NCBI RefSeq assembly: GCF_004010195.1
Contig: NC_057756.1
Span: 653,805-717,804, forward strand
From: Chiloscyllium plagiosum
Taxonomy: Eukaryota
DNA length: 64,000 bases
Direction: 5' to 3'
The position numbers and the translations under genes were made by a program. Shown piece by piece: positions 1 through 13,137 of the stretch (its first letter is position 1; every line of letters starts with the position of its first letter). The notes beneath the pieces are model-generated. The model saw nothing but the letters and a program-made list of their open reading frames with translations. It ran no database searches and was not told the origin of the DNA.

Positions 1-794
1 TTCAGCTACAGCTTTCACAGCCTAATTTTGTTGACAATTACGACTGTATTATTATCCGAGATCTCTTACTTAATAGCTCTGCTAATTAAATCACGTGTAC
101 ACACAAATGCATTCTTGACCACCTTAACTGTCCACACAGCGACTGTCAGAGATTTCTAGATATTGACAGCTATAGTGCCCTTCTTCCTTCACACTTCTTA
201 ATGCCCTCCTTTTAACCTATATTAAATGTGTTGCCAGGCTTCCCCAAGTTCATTATCTCACAGATCTGGTTTCTTCAGATTGACCCTTAGCTAGTTCTAT
301 TCTGCCCAGGTAATGCATTCAAAGATACCTTCAAATTCAATTCAATTGCTTCTGTTGTCCAAACAAACACTTGAAATATTAACCTGCTCTGATTTTTTCT
401 AACCACACTATATTCACGTAACAATGGTTTTAGCATCATATGCAACAATATGTCCTAAATAGTACACTTCAAAACTGTTGTCTTTGTTTCAAACTAAACA
501 CCTACCAATACTTGTTGGATTCGGCCACTTCAAAAAAGTTTAACACAAATAATAATTTTTTAAAAAGCTAACAAATGTCCCTACATCTGTTCAAGTATGG
601 TAATAATATATACTCTCATGCGAACTGCTCGAACACATTAATTAATCTGTTCATAAACGCATGCAATGGTTATCTTTAATTTATTTTTCTACAAACATTT
701 TCAGTCTTGCACGGTAAATTTCACCATTCAATATCTATCCATTGGGAAAAAAATTTATCAGGCAGCATCTATACTGAAAGAAGCAAACGTTGAG

Positions 795-1058
795 GAGAAG
801 CGATGCCCTCATGGTATTATTGCTGACCGTTTATGGGAGATCCAGGTCAAAGCTCGCCATATTAAATGGTGCAGTTTGAGTTCATTGGATATTTGGAATT
901 AAGAGTATGGTGATGATCATGAATCCATTGCAGATTGTAAGGGGGAAAGGTCTGGTTCACTAATGTCCTTCAAGGAAGGAAGGAGTCTGTCATCCTAGCC
1001 AGGTCTGGTCTACCTATTACTCCAGACTCACATCAATGTGGTTGACTCTTAACTCGTC
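795..1058 (+). mobile_element. Old tRNA-derived SINE (second family, not HE1)
   Basis: Core TCTGGTTCACTAATGTCCTT...GGTCTGGTCTAC...CTCCAGAC...ATGTGGTTGACTCTTAAC; related copies at 1075, 17413 and 17920. Confidence 0.7.
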
Positions 1059-1074
1059 AAAGAATAAAAAAAAA

Positions 1075-1370
1075 GTGTCATTGGCTCGGCTAGCATTTAT
1101 TGCTCATCCCGAATTGCCTGGAGGACATTTGAGAATCAATCACATTTCTGTGGATCTGGATTCACATGTAGGCCAGACCATGCCTGGATGGACGTTTCCT
1201 CCCTTAAATGACATAAGTGCATTTTTCCAGATATTCGACAATGAATTCATGTTCAGCGTTAGACTCTTACCTCAAGGTATTTATTGAATTCAAATTCCGT
1301 TATCTGCCACGACGGAATTCGAACCTGGGTCCCCAGGATCTTGCCTGTTTCTCTGGATTAACAGTGCAGC
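1075..1370 (-). mobile_element. Old tRNA-derived SINE, same family, tail-to-tail with the previous copy
   Basis: Minus strand has a B box (CCCAGGTTCGAATTCC), the GAATTTGAATTCAATAAA core and the tail GCAATAAATGCTAGCCGAGCC. Confidence 0.75.
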
Positions 1371-1651
1371 AATTAAAAAAACCTGAAACCTTTCCCTTTC
1401 AAATTGTAAGAAATTAAAAAAAAAAGGTTTGCGCAATTGCAAAAGCCGAGATGGAATAATTACAGAGATTCTCATCTGCAAAATTTGGCTGCTGAATCTG
1501 CAACAAACATAACCTTCAATTCAAAAACAAATGGTTGCTTAATATGTAATAAGTTTAAATTTGCTACGTGGTGTATTTGAAGATTTTAATGGTTTGGCAT
1601 TCACAATTGAAATTTTCAAAACATTTTTGATTTGTTGTTCTTTCTTGACAG

Positions 1652-1687
1652 AGCTGAATGATTGCAAAAAATTATTGAATGGTTTAG
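1652..1687 (+). CDS. 36-nt microexon, type A: (E)LNDCKKLLNGL
   Basis: ttctttcttgacag|AGCTG...TTTAG|gtgaga; phase 1-1; Cys at position 5. Confidence 0.85.
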
Positions 1688-2529
1688 GTGAGAAGGAATT
1701 GTTCTGCTTCTTCAACCTATCGCACTTTTAAAGAGTGATGTGTATTTCAAAGGGCAGGACCATACAATGGCGAAGGTTCATTCGCCCTCACATGATTCAC
1801 ACTGCACGTGCAATACATTTTTTAAAATTGTATCTACATGATTCGACTGCACCATGTGTTACTGGTATAAAAACCCTTAAATTCTTGAAGTATGTCTTAA
1901 AATAAGAGAGGAATGTGGGATGGCATGATACAATTTTTTAAATTTACGACACGTTTGTATCAATGGAACACAGAGATAATGATTCCAATTGTTGTTAGGG
2001 CATAACTAGTGGATGTCAATATGTTGGAAGTTCGTAATTAGATATTATGCAGAGATATATGAGGACATTGTCCTCACTCCAACATATTTAACTAAGTAAC
2101 ACAAATGCATCTAGTGGGAGATTAGGAAAGCTTTATGGAAGAATAAAATGAACAGTTGCAATAATAATATTTGATGTGAGAAGTCTGAAAATGTCTCCAG
2201 GCCATCATAAACACCAGCTCAATATTTGTTTTGTTTTGACACTTTTCCTTTCATCTGTTTCTCAACGCTATAAACTGTATGCCTACTTTGTTACATTCAT
2301 TATCCTGTGAATTACTACCCTCTTAAAATTGAGAAATATCATAACAAGCAAGAAGCATTTTGAAGCAAAGCCATATTAGATTTAGCATCTAATGTATGTG
2401 TAACCAACAGAAACAACATTGTGTGCAATTATTGAGCCATTAGGCATTAGTTTTTTTGGCTGTTGTGATACAGAAAACAGAAAACAACGAGTTTGAATGT
2501 ACATTTACGTTTCAGTTTGCAACATTCTG

Positions 2530-2985
2530 ACTAGGGTCGAACAGCAAGCATCACATCTTGGTGCAGATGCATTCACAACCTATGTCAATGCTTTGGGCGT
2601 GAGAATTGATAGTAATATATTCAATTTTCTGATGTTAGTCCACAGGTGAAAATATGTGTTTTGACATATTTGAAATCGGTGATTTCAAACCGATTCAATG
2701 AATTTGTGTAGTTTCTGAAATAAACAAACATTTGGCGGAGAGAATATAGTGTAGATAATAGTGAGGATCATATATGATTATATGATGTAGGAACACTGAA
2801 TCACTGTCAGGAGGTAATTGTCACTGAAACTTAGAAGTGTTAAGTTTCAAAGTGCCTCAGGTATCCTTATTAATGAGTCATTGCACACTGAAGCTCTGCC
2901 AAAATGAACACGAAGAATGCATATTATATGCTGTAAAGAGAGGTATTATGTGCCGTTTTGGACACGTTATCTTAGGAAATATACC
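2530..2985 (+). mobile_element. Ancient CR1 RT fragment
   Basis: Degenerate LG..AFTTYVNAL / KF.D motifs with many stops. Confidence 0.45.
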
Positions 2986-3335
2986 TGTGACTTTTGTCAT
3001 GACGGTATAAGGGGTACTATAAGAGAGTTAAAAGCTAGCAATGACTTAGACAGGTGCAGAGTTAGGAACAGGGTAACAATGTAACATTGGTCACAACAGC
3101 AAGCACTTTCTGGGTTGCTATGAGACAAAAAATAATTCAAATTCGACCAATCAAGTTTAAATTATATCCCAAGATACCAAAATTCAATCAAGTTTGAATT
3201 TGATATTATGACAATATTAAGACCAATGAAACGATCCGATACTTTGGGGTGTAAGACCAGGCAAAATTGAACAGTTTGGGGAGAACTGCCAAAGACCAAC
3301 AAATGTAGGCTGCTAGTAAAACAACTCTGAGTTTG

Positions 3336-3458
3336 ATTAGATTAGATTAGATTAGATTACTTACAATGTGGAAACAGACCCTTCGGCCCAATAAGTCCAC
3401 ACCGCCCCGCCAAAGCGCAACCCACCCATACCCTACATGTACCCCTTACCTAACACTA
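3336..3458 (-). mobile_element. HE1 SINE 3' tail
   Basis: (GATTA)n tail followed by GTGGAAACAGACCCTTCGGCCC...AAGTCCACACC. Confidence 0.8.
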
Positions 3459-5600
3459 CCTGTTTGGAGAAGGAGTTGAACTGAACACAATATTCCGAGT
3501 GTAGTCTAACCAGGGTTTTATAGAGTTGCAGCTTAACCTCGCGGCTCTTACACTCAGTCCCCCATTAATAAATGTCAAAACACCACATGCCTTCTGAACA
3601 ACCCTATGATCTTGGCTGGCAACTTTGAGGGATCTATTTAGGTGGACCACGATATCCCGCTTTTACTCCACACTGCCAGGAATCCTGTGTTAACTCTGTA
3701 ATGAGCCTTCAAGTTCGACCTTCCAAAATGAATCACTTCCAATTTATCCAGGTTTAAATCTTATGTCTCTTCTCAGTCCAGCTCTCCATCTTGCCAATGT
3801 CTTGTTGTAGCCTGCAACAGCCCTCGACACTATCTACAACTGACCTTTGTATCATCGGCAAACTTATTCTTCTACTTCCTAATCCGAGTCACTTATAATC
3901 ATTTGTAAGAACTACAAAGAGCATAGGATCAAGAATACATACCTACTGGACACCATTAGTCACTGAACTCCAGGTGGAATACTTTCCATATACTATCACT
4001 CACTGTCTTCTTTCAGCCAGCTAATTCTGTATTTAGACAGTCAAATTTCCCTGTATCCCATTCCTCCTAACATGCTGAATGAGCCGACTATGGGGAACGG
4101 TATCAAATGCCTTACTGAAATCTATATACACCACATTCACTGCTCGACCTTCATCACCTTGTCTCGTCACATCCTAAAAGAACTCTATAAGACTTGTGAG
4201 GCATGAACTGCCCTCACAAAGCCACACTGACTATCTTTAATCAAATGATGTTTTTCCAAATAGTCATAAACCCTATCTCTCTGAATCCTTTCCAATACCT
4301 TGCTTGCAACAGACATAAGACTGACTGGTCTGGAATATCCACGGATTTCTCTACACACTTTCTGAACAGAGAAACCAACATTTGACTCCCTCCAATCATC
4401 CGGTACCATTCCCATGCAGAGTGAGGATGCAAAGTTCATCACCCGAGGCAAAGCAATCTAATTTCTTGCTTTTCGTAGTAACCTTGAATATATCTCGTCT
4501 GGTCCTGGGGATTTATCTTTCTTGATGCTTCCTAGAATTTCCACCACATCCACTTCCTTAATATCAATCTGTTCACGCGTTATATCCTTTTCCATGGTGT
4601 TCTCAATATCAACAAGGTCCCATTCTTTAGTGAATAGTGAAGACAAAAAAAAAACTCATTTGCGGCCTGTGCTACCTCTTCAGACTATAGTCACAAATTC
4701 CCTCTACTACGCCTGATCGATCCTACCTTCTCTCTGATCATTCTCTTACGCCTCACTTAAATGTAGAACGCCTTTGGGTTTTCCCTAATCCTTCACACCA
4801 AGGCTTGTTCGTGCCCCTTCCTAGCTCGCTTCAGTCCATTTTTGAGTTATTCCTAGCTACCGTGTAATCCTCCAAAGCTGTACCAGATCCTTGCCTCCTC
4901 AATTTTAAGTAAGTTTCCTTTTTTGTTTTGACGATAAACTCGTCTTCTCTTGTCATCCAAGGCTTCTTCACCTTAACATTTTTTTGCCTGTCTCAGTGGG
5001 ACAAAGTTATCCAACACTCACAACAAGTGCTCCTTAAACAACCTCCAGATTTCCGTTGTGCATTGTCCGTAGAAATATTGTCCCCAATTTACACTCCACA
5101 ACTCCTGTCTAATAGCAGTTTCATGTGCCCTCCCACAAATACTTTCCCGTACTGTCTGGTCCTATCCCTCTCCATGGCTATGATAAAAGTGAGGCAGTTA
5201 TGGACCCTGTCACTAGAATGCTCTCCCACTAAGAAATCTGACACCTGACCTGGCTGGTTGCCTCGCATCAAATTTAATATGTCCTCCCCCCAAGTCGGCC
5301 TATCTACAAGTTGAATTAGGAATCCTTCCTGAACACATCTGACAAAATCGGCTTCATCCAGACCATCTGGACGAAGCAAGTTCCAATCAATATTGGGGAA
5401 GTTGAAGTTACCTATAACAACAATTCTGCTACATCTGCACCTTTCCAAGATCTGTTCTCCAATCTGTTCTTCCATCTCTCTGCTGCTATTGGAGGGTATT
5501 TAGAAAACAATCAATAAACTGATTGCTGCATTCCTGTCACTGACTTCCACCCATACTCTCTCAGTAGACAAACTGTCTTCGACAGCCTCCCTTTCTGCAG
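3459..5600 (-). mobile_element. CR1-clade LINE ORF2 remnant (endonuclease C-terminal part plus RT)
   Basis: Peptides GNFNFPNIDW, DKSPGPDEIYSRLL, VPDDWRESNV, RPVSLMSVASKVLE, QCGFV; frameshifted. Confidence 0.9.
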
Positions 5601-7389
5601 CTGTGTCGCATTCTCTAAACTATTAACATTCAGGGAAAATCGTAAACTTATGCTGAGATTGTTCCTACATTACACGCCCATACACACCTCTCCCCCTAAC
5701 CCCCGGAATAAGAGTGATGAACTTAGAGCATGGATAAGTATTTGGAACTGCGATGTTGAAGTCATAAGGAAGATATGGATTTCAAAGGACCATTACTCAG
5801 AACTGGAATGTCCTTTAGAAGTGGAGGCCTCCAACGTCTCTCTTTCGTTATCTTGTGACCTCTCCAACTTGATAAGTTCTCAGATCTTACTGCTATTGGC
5901 TCTGGTTTGGGCTCACTGAAGTGTAACTACACAGTACATATGGATAACCTCCCATATAGTTGTCATTCAGACTCATACTTCAACCTGATTTTTCATGCTT
6001 CTTCGTTCTTCTCTACCACTGTATGAGTATAGGAATAGCCAGGTGTTCATTTTATTCTCGAGTAAGGCTTTTCTGAAATCCCTGGTATCGTTGAATTGCA
6101 ATCACTGAATAGACACAAATGTTCTCTTTTCTTGGTCACTGAATTAGCTGCTTGCTGATATCATCTTTCTGTTCTTTGAAAAGTATTTGTTACTGTTTGC
6201 GACACTAATGTGATGGGTGATCACTTTAGATGCAGTTCAAAATGAAAAATATAATTTAAAGATTTCGTTATACTGTCAACAACCTATCATTTTGAAATGG
6301 TAAACAATCAGTGTTCGGCTTGGCTATTAATGGGTATTGTATTCTTAAGTCCCAATAAAAAGAAGAACACGAAAACGTGCTTACTTCAAATGTGAAACGA
6401 AAGTGAGACGAGACTAAAACTGCAATCAGCACGAGCAGGCTCCGGCTCTCGCATGTTGCAACGTTGGTATCATATACAAAACATTTAATATTGAACTGCA
6501 ATAAATAACATTCTGCCTGTCTTGTGCTCTCGGCACAATGTATGTGATAATAAGCAATATTGATACTGCCCAGGCACATTATTTGATGTGCATTTAATCA
6601 GCGAATCGCAATTATGAACGATATATTGGTCTAAAAAATTAACTTTCTTTACAAAATTCAACAAAGGTTCAAACCTATTTCAGAGTCCATCGGCAAAAAG
6701 TGTTTTGTTTATGCATTGGTATTTTGACTGGTAAAGCGCTAAAAAGAGAGCTCAGTTAAATGAACATAGAATTTTGTCTAGACATATTTGGATTAATGCA
6801 CGCAGTCCTGTTTTCATGCTATGTACAAAGAGGAATCATTGGAAAATCCAGAGACTGCTGACATGGATGATGGAACGAATAGAACATCGGAAATACCAGC
6901 GGGAAAGTGAGCAGGATTAATCTCATACCTGTATAAAATGGTAATGTGGGAAATAACTTAGTGTTGCAAACTAAGAAAGCGAGTACATGGTTGGAATAAA
7001 GTACTTCGATGTTTCAGTCAGGCATAGGTATAAGGTGATCGTCAAAGGAGCACTGTATATCTACTTCTTCCAAAGAAAAATAGTGGGTGTAATAAGAAAG
7101 AGAGCAGTATGTGTGACATGGATTTAGTTAAGACGAAGTTATGTAAATATCTGGTTCTAAGCAACAATTAGCTGTTCGAAATTGAAGACAAAATGTGAGG
7201 GAAAGAAGTACTGATGAGAGCATTTCCCGAACGATTTTAAACTGATGCTTTACTAACAAATTTTGCAATGTCTTGTGCACAATAAAAAAAAACCAAGTAG
7301 CCGAAACCTAGCTACCTTTTTACTTTAGAGACCCTCTAGATACTACTTCTGATGAATTTCAAAGGAAAATGATCTGTTTTATTTTACAG

Positions 7390-7410
7390 AAGATATCACT
7401 AAAAATGATG
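7390..7410 (+). CDS. 21-nt microexon, short type B: EDITKND
   Basis: tgttttattttacag|AAGAT...TGATG|gtatgt; phase 1-1; sits in the B slot between two type A exons. Confidence 0.7.
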
Positions 7411-7544
7411 GTATGTCAATTGAAATTATCTGAAGAATGTCTTTGAATGTGATATGCTTTTGCTTCCATGTTGGAAGACTCAACCTAAAACAAATACAGA
7501 AACCAAAGTACTATTTAGCCGAGTACGTTGCAGTAAACATTAAG

Positions 7545-7750
7545 TTGAGACATGTTTCACACTTCATGCATATGTAAAGAATAACAGGCCATTATGTTTC
7601 GAAGGACAGGGAGTTTTCTCCATTTCAGTTTGGCCAATAATTCATCCTTCATCAGCGAAAAAAATCTCATTTGCTTTATTTAGCTCCAAAACATATTAAT
7701 GCCCATGTTTCAGGCTCAGTAGAGTGACAAAGACACAAAAGTACTTAACT
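7545..7750 (+). mobile_element. Degenerate Deu-domain SINE (SacSINE1-like)
   Basis: TTTCGAAGGACAGGGAGTTTTCTCC...TGGCCAATAATTCATCCTTCA...AGTGAC...CAAAAGTACTT resembles the DeuSINE consensus as I recall it; not aligned. Confidence 0.55.
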
Positions 7751-8361
7751 TTATTTAATAATACTATTTGACAGCAGCCTATTGATTCGAAATTATGAAT
7801 ATTGTTTAAAATGAAGCCCATTTTTTGTTTTCCGATGATAATTCTTAAAAGGCCACTTATTTCTGCCGCTCATCATTAATTCTCAGAACACTGAAGCCAC
7901 TGAATGTAAATATAAATCGGACTGTTTATTCTATGGCTTTCCATAACAGAGTGCATGCGGTTTAGATGTCCTTTTCCAAAATATAAGCTCCACACCGGCT
8001 ATCACATTTATGACTTCATTCATGCTACCAGTGTCAGGTTTACTGGATTCCCCGTATCAGTTCTATGCAACTCATTTTCAGAGCATTGACTTCAGGCACT
8101 TCAAATGTAAAATGAACTGGCGGAACCCACCTTCCGAGTAATGTGTGGAACTTTCATCAAGTGTAATGGGAAATCTATTATGTTTCCTATGTTTTTGTAC
8201 TGTTTACACCACTGTGAAACTCCATCTCTTTTCAACGAATAATTTGTAAGCCTTATTTTCCTTTTCCCCAAGTGCCTTCTATCCACGTGATATATTGATT
8301 GTTGCAGGAGAGACATCCTTCAATTGACTTTGTGCAACATAATGTCTTGAATAGTCACTCT

Positions 8362-8669
8362 ATAGAGTCATAGCATCATGGAATCCTTACAGTGTGGAAA
8401 GAGTTCATTTGGCCTAACAAGTCCACACTGACCCACCGAAATGTGACCCACCCAGAGCGATTCTCCTAACATATACTCGATACTTACCCCTGACTAATCC
8501 ACCTAACCTACACATCCATGAACACTGTGGGCAATTTAACATGGCCAACCCCCCCTCGCCTGCACATCTATTGACTGTGGGAGGAAACCGGAGCACCCTG
8601 GAGGAAACCCACGCAGACACGGGGGGAATGTGCAAATTCCACACAGACAGTCGCCCTAGGCTGGAATCG
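8362..8669 (-). mobile_element. HE1 SINE, 5'-truncated
   Basis: V-domain reverse complement GGAGGAAACCGGAGCACCCTGGAGGAAACCCACGCAGACAC. Confidence 0.9.
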
Positions 8670-10941
8670 TAAGGTCAATCTTTTGCACACTGATGTAAAA
8701 ATTCATGGTAAAAACAATGCAAAGTGTTTAAAATTGTCTTGGACAGAGTGTATTTGGACAATATCGAAAGCAGTTTCAGGCTGTGTTCTGAGGTATCACT
8801 ATTTTGTTGTCTGAAGGCTACATGAAGTTAAATGCTTTTGTGTATATTATTTTTTTCTTGACAGCATTATTCTGATATATTTTCAAAGTAAACAATTTGC
8901 TGTTCTAACAAGGAAGGGACATAAAACAAAATAACCAAAAAAAAAGAGCAATTCACCTTTAAAGTTTTCAGGAACAAATACATTGCAGTGCAATAAATTT
9001 CTTTCTCTACTTTTCAGTACCACATTTCAAATCGAGAATATTAATACGATGAAGAGATTTGCTGCATAAACGATTTTTATGTTGCAAACCGCAGCTTAGT
9101 TAATGACATTAAAGCGATCATCCGAAATTCAGCAGATTCATACATATTATGTACTGGAAAAATGTAATCTCTTCTATATTATCTTGCAAACCTTTTTTGT
9201 TCTATTTAGAAACATGTTGATCGCTTGAGATGTTTTCTATAATGGTAGCTCTGAAATTAGCAAGAAATCTCCGAAGTTATCTGAAAGTCAAGCTCAACTG
9301 AACTATTTAAATCATTTTACCTCCTGGAATATTATCCTGTCCCTTCTAGAACTTATAAGCTACCTGGAGAGAACCGACCTATCATAGTGATGACGGCATA
9401 CAAAAGATTTAAAAACAATTACTGTTTTATATCAAGTTGAAAATGGTTAACCAGTTAGTCACTAAAATGGTCAGTCGCACATCGTGTGACTGCAATGGGC
9501 ATTTCCATAACGGGAAACAAGTTATCCGGTTTTTCTTTCACTCTCTGAGTCAATTAGCAGAAATGAAATTGCCACATAATTAACACTGCGTCAGTTGAAT
9601 CCAATTTGAATTAACAGTTACGTCTTTTCACTTCAGTTGCTGTTTCAGCACGGAATCAATTAAACCTCTAGAAAGTAGCAGTTGCACGGTTTGCTCTCTA
9701 TCTATCTCCATCTCACATGACAAAATGGTGAATTTTCAAGAAATCTGTTCCATTAGATAATAACACTTGAAGTACTCTGACAAAACAGTACTCTGTAAGC
9801 TCATTGAACCACGAAGATATGAAGTATTCCTCTCATACTTAATTGGGATGGTCGAATCCATTCGGCTAAGATGATTCAGACAATCTACCTTGAACAAAAA
9901 TGGTTGAAAACTGACATCTGAAATGAATGTGTTTAAGGAAAGTAGATTTCTAAAGAGAAGAAAATAGCGAATCAGAAGTGAGATTGAATGACCTGAGGTC
10001 CAAAGGACCGTGTAGTAGAATCTTCACTATATTGCAGTCGTCAGGACATGGGACCAAATAAGAACTCGTCCATCAGTAAGATAAGAAAGTAGGAGAAATA
10101 AATGCAGAGTAAGCAAGTTCCGAAGTGTCATAACTGAATTTTATAGATAAAAAATGATAGAACGTAATCTATTAGGAAGAGAAGGAGAAACATAAATTGT
10201 GGGATGGAAGTATTGCTGATTGATGGAGATGCAGGCCAAATGGAGAGGAAGAAACCTTCTCTCATGGGTAATTACAGGCACAGGGATGTGTAAATGTCCC
10301 GAGCCAAACAGAACAATTGGACAAACACACCAGGTCTGGCAACATTTATGAGGAGAAAACATAATTAATGTTTGAGTCTGAAGATTCTTCATCCGAACTG
10401 CCAGGCAAAGTCAATGGACTTGAAATGGTTTATCTCCACAGATGCTTCAGGCCTCTGCTCATTGATTTCTTGAAAAGAGAGGAGCCTAATTTCCTGCTGG
10501 TGTAACACTGGCATTTATTCTGACCTCAGGTTCAGAGCAATGAACTCCCCACATATGTCACATAAATATTACACGCTGTCTTACTTATTTCATAAGCACT
10601 AAAGGAATGCAGCAGAAAAGGGGCACATACCTGAGGGCAGTGCATTATTAGAAAATGTGAGAGAGTAGGCTTAACGCTGTCTAAAAGTAACAGAGCAGCT
10701 TAAATCATTAAATCCAAAGTCACATAACTCTTATGCAAAGTAAAGGAGATTGTATGTTATTGTGCTGAAGTTTGCCTGCAAGAGAAACACTAGAAATTCA
10801 TTCTGTTATAGTTGAAACACATTTAAATTGAGACGAATAGAAAGCCAAAGCTGAAAAAACAGAGAAACCTTGAACATAAATATGTACCACTCAACATACC
10901 AACATTCTTTTCATACAATAATTTCAACGTTGTTGCATCGT

Positions 10942-11200
10942 GGACGGCACGGTGTCACAGTGGTTAACACTGTTGCCTCGCAGCGCTCAATTCCCGCCTC
11001 AGGCGACTGACTGTGTGGAGTTTGCACGTTCTCCCCGCGTCTGCGTGGGTTTCCTCCCACAGTCCAAAGATGTGCCGGATCAGGTGAATTGGCCATACTA
11101 ATTTGCCCGTAGTGTTGGGTAAATGTCGGGGTATGGGTGGGTTCGCGTCGGTTTGGACTTGTTGGGCCGAAGGGCCTGCTTCCACACTGTAATCTAATCA
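10942..11200 (+). mobile_element. HE1 SINE with internal deletions
   Basis: GGACGGCACGGTG head, GTGTGGAGTTTGCAC V-domain, GGGCCGAAGGGCCTG...CTAATC tail. Confidence 0.9.
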
Positions 11201-11291
11201 TAACTTTTGCTGCCCCTAAGGGTGCGATAAACATTGTTTTGGCAACAACTTTTGCACTTAGGATGTCAGGATTAGAGCATTCAAACCTCGC

Positions 11292-11850
11292 TTTTTTTTC
11301 ATTCAAGCATGGGAGGTGGACATCTCTGGCTGAGCCAGGATTTGTTCCCCATCCCTAGTTACCTTTAGTAAATGTTGTTGTGCGCTGTAGTGTTGAACCA
11401 CCGCAATCCATGTGCTGTGGACATAACCAAAATAACATTAGAGTGGGACTTCCAGCTTTCGACTCGGTGGTACAGAAGGAATTGTACTTTACTTTCAATT
11501 CTTGATGGTGAGTGGCTTGGGGGGGGGGGGGGGGGGGGCGGAGGGAATGTACAGATGGTGGTCGTCCAGACAAGGGTATCTGCTGACCTTTTCCTCCCAG
11601 ATGGAATTAGTCGTAGGTTTGGAATGGTATGACTCGGAAACTTTGATAAATTTCTCCATTTAATCTTGTGGATAGTAGATGCTACTGCTCTGGCATATCA
11701 GTGTTGGAATGACTGAATTGTTGTGGATATAGTGCCAATCAATCTGGGCACTTTACACCTGAATAGCGTAAGGCTTCTTGACCTCTGTTTTAGCTGCATT
11801 CATCCAGGCCAGTGAGAGGATTTCCAAAACATTCCTGCCTTGCATGTTTT
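11292..11850 (-). mobile_element. 3' end of an old CR1/L2-like LINE; tail shared with the second SINE family
   Basis: Minus strand GGGATGGGGAACAAATCCTGGCTCAGCCAG...CCACCTCCCATG; contains a poly-G run at 11519-11538. Confidence 0.65.
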
Positions 11851-12608
11851 GGGGAGTTTGGAGACTGTGAGGATTCAGAACGTTCAATAAAGGTACAGCT
11901 AATATGTGATCGAATTTTATATTTTCCTATGAAAGTAGACATCTAATGGCTTTGATTAGCAACTTGCTATCGATCCTATATTTATGGTAAACAGTTCATC
12001 CAACTTCACTCGTTATTTGCGAAGATGTTCTCAATTGTTTAACACTCTTTGCATATATAAAAGCTCCCAGATGACCTGTCTGCAGTTATCATCCTATTTG
12101 TATTGGATTCCGCAGATGACAGAAATATAGTTACGATGTTTGTCCAACTATATCTTGCATTTTTTTTCAATGAATAACCTGAACACAGTCTAAACATTGA
12201 AATTGCAAGGAAGTAGCCATTCTCTGCCAAATCACTCATTGTCGTTCAAAAGTTTGATTGCTGTTTTCAAAATTTCATTCTCCTCAGCTCGTGTTAGTTC
12301 TGAAGTTCGTCATGTCTTTTCAGAAATAGCGTTTACGGAGCCGAACCCTGTCATTGTTTATTTTGCAAATTTCTAGCATATTATACCATTAGATATTGTG
12401 CTGTGATGCATTCTTTTTAGAGTACTTTGGAATCAGGAATGTTATTGGAATAAGTATTCTGTTGGAAAGTCTTTACAACGCATTTTTTCCAGCAGACTGA
12501 AAAATAGTGTCTATTCACTCTGCAAACCTTTGAAAATGGAGTCGGGTTAAAATATCAAGAATGGAATTTCTAACGAATACATGTAAATGTTTTCTCACCA
12601 TATTACAG

Positions 12609-12644
12609 AACTGGCGAAATGCAAAGAATCATTGAAAAAATTAC
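12609..12644 (+). CDS. 36-nt microexon, type A: ELAKCKESLKKL
   Basis: ttttctcaccatattacag|AACTG...ATTAC|gtaagg. Confidence 0.88.
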
Positions 12645-12945
12645 GTAAGGAGACAAATCCAAAATATTTTGAATTAAATGATGTTTAATTTAAAAAAGAA
12701 CTACAATAAGCACATAATGGCTCTTTTGAACCATATATATGTAGTACATTTCATTGAATCACAATGTTTTAATAAGCTCGACATTCTATTAAAATGATTT
12801 TGAAATATTCAAATATTGCAAAAAATGTAGCTGAAAAAATACCATAAGACAACCAAATGATATATGCATGGAATTGTTATCACTTTTTGGAGGAGGTATT
12901 ATTCAGTACATATTCTGTTTGCCAGACCCGGGTAAGATAATTATT

Positions 12946-13137
12946 AAACACAGTCGTTCAGGCAACATCCGAGGAGCAGGAGAATTGATGTTTTGGGCAT
13001 AAGCCTTTCATCAGGATGAAGGTCTCCTGCCCGAAATGTCGATTCCCCTGCTCCACTGATGCTGTCTGAATAGCTATGTTTTCCAGCACCAAACTCTCGA
13101 CTCTGATCTCTAGCATCTGCAGTCCTCACTTTCTCCT
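12946..13137. mobile_element. Older Penelope-derived hairpin element
   Basis: Imperfect inverted arms around TTTCATCAGGATGAAGG; ends CATCTGCAGTCCTCACTTTCTCC. Confidence 0.8.

Noticed and set aside
2997..3330. Possible LTR fragment (TGTCATGA start); a similar hint at about 54230-54490
   Set aside because: No second LTR, PBS or PPT to confirm it.
8100..8330. Minus-strand FPITLDESST, resembling the hAT transposase FS.ALDESTD motif
   Set aside because: One short motif among stops; no TIR, TSD or further motifs.
11950..12330. Minus-strand protein-like frame (ELTRAEENEILKTAIKLL...)
   Set aside because: Multiple stops, no recognisable family and no splice support.
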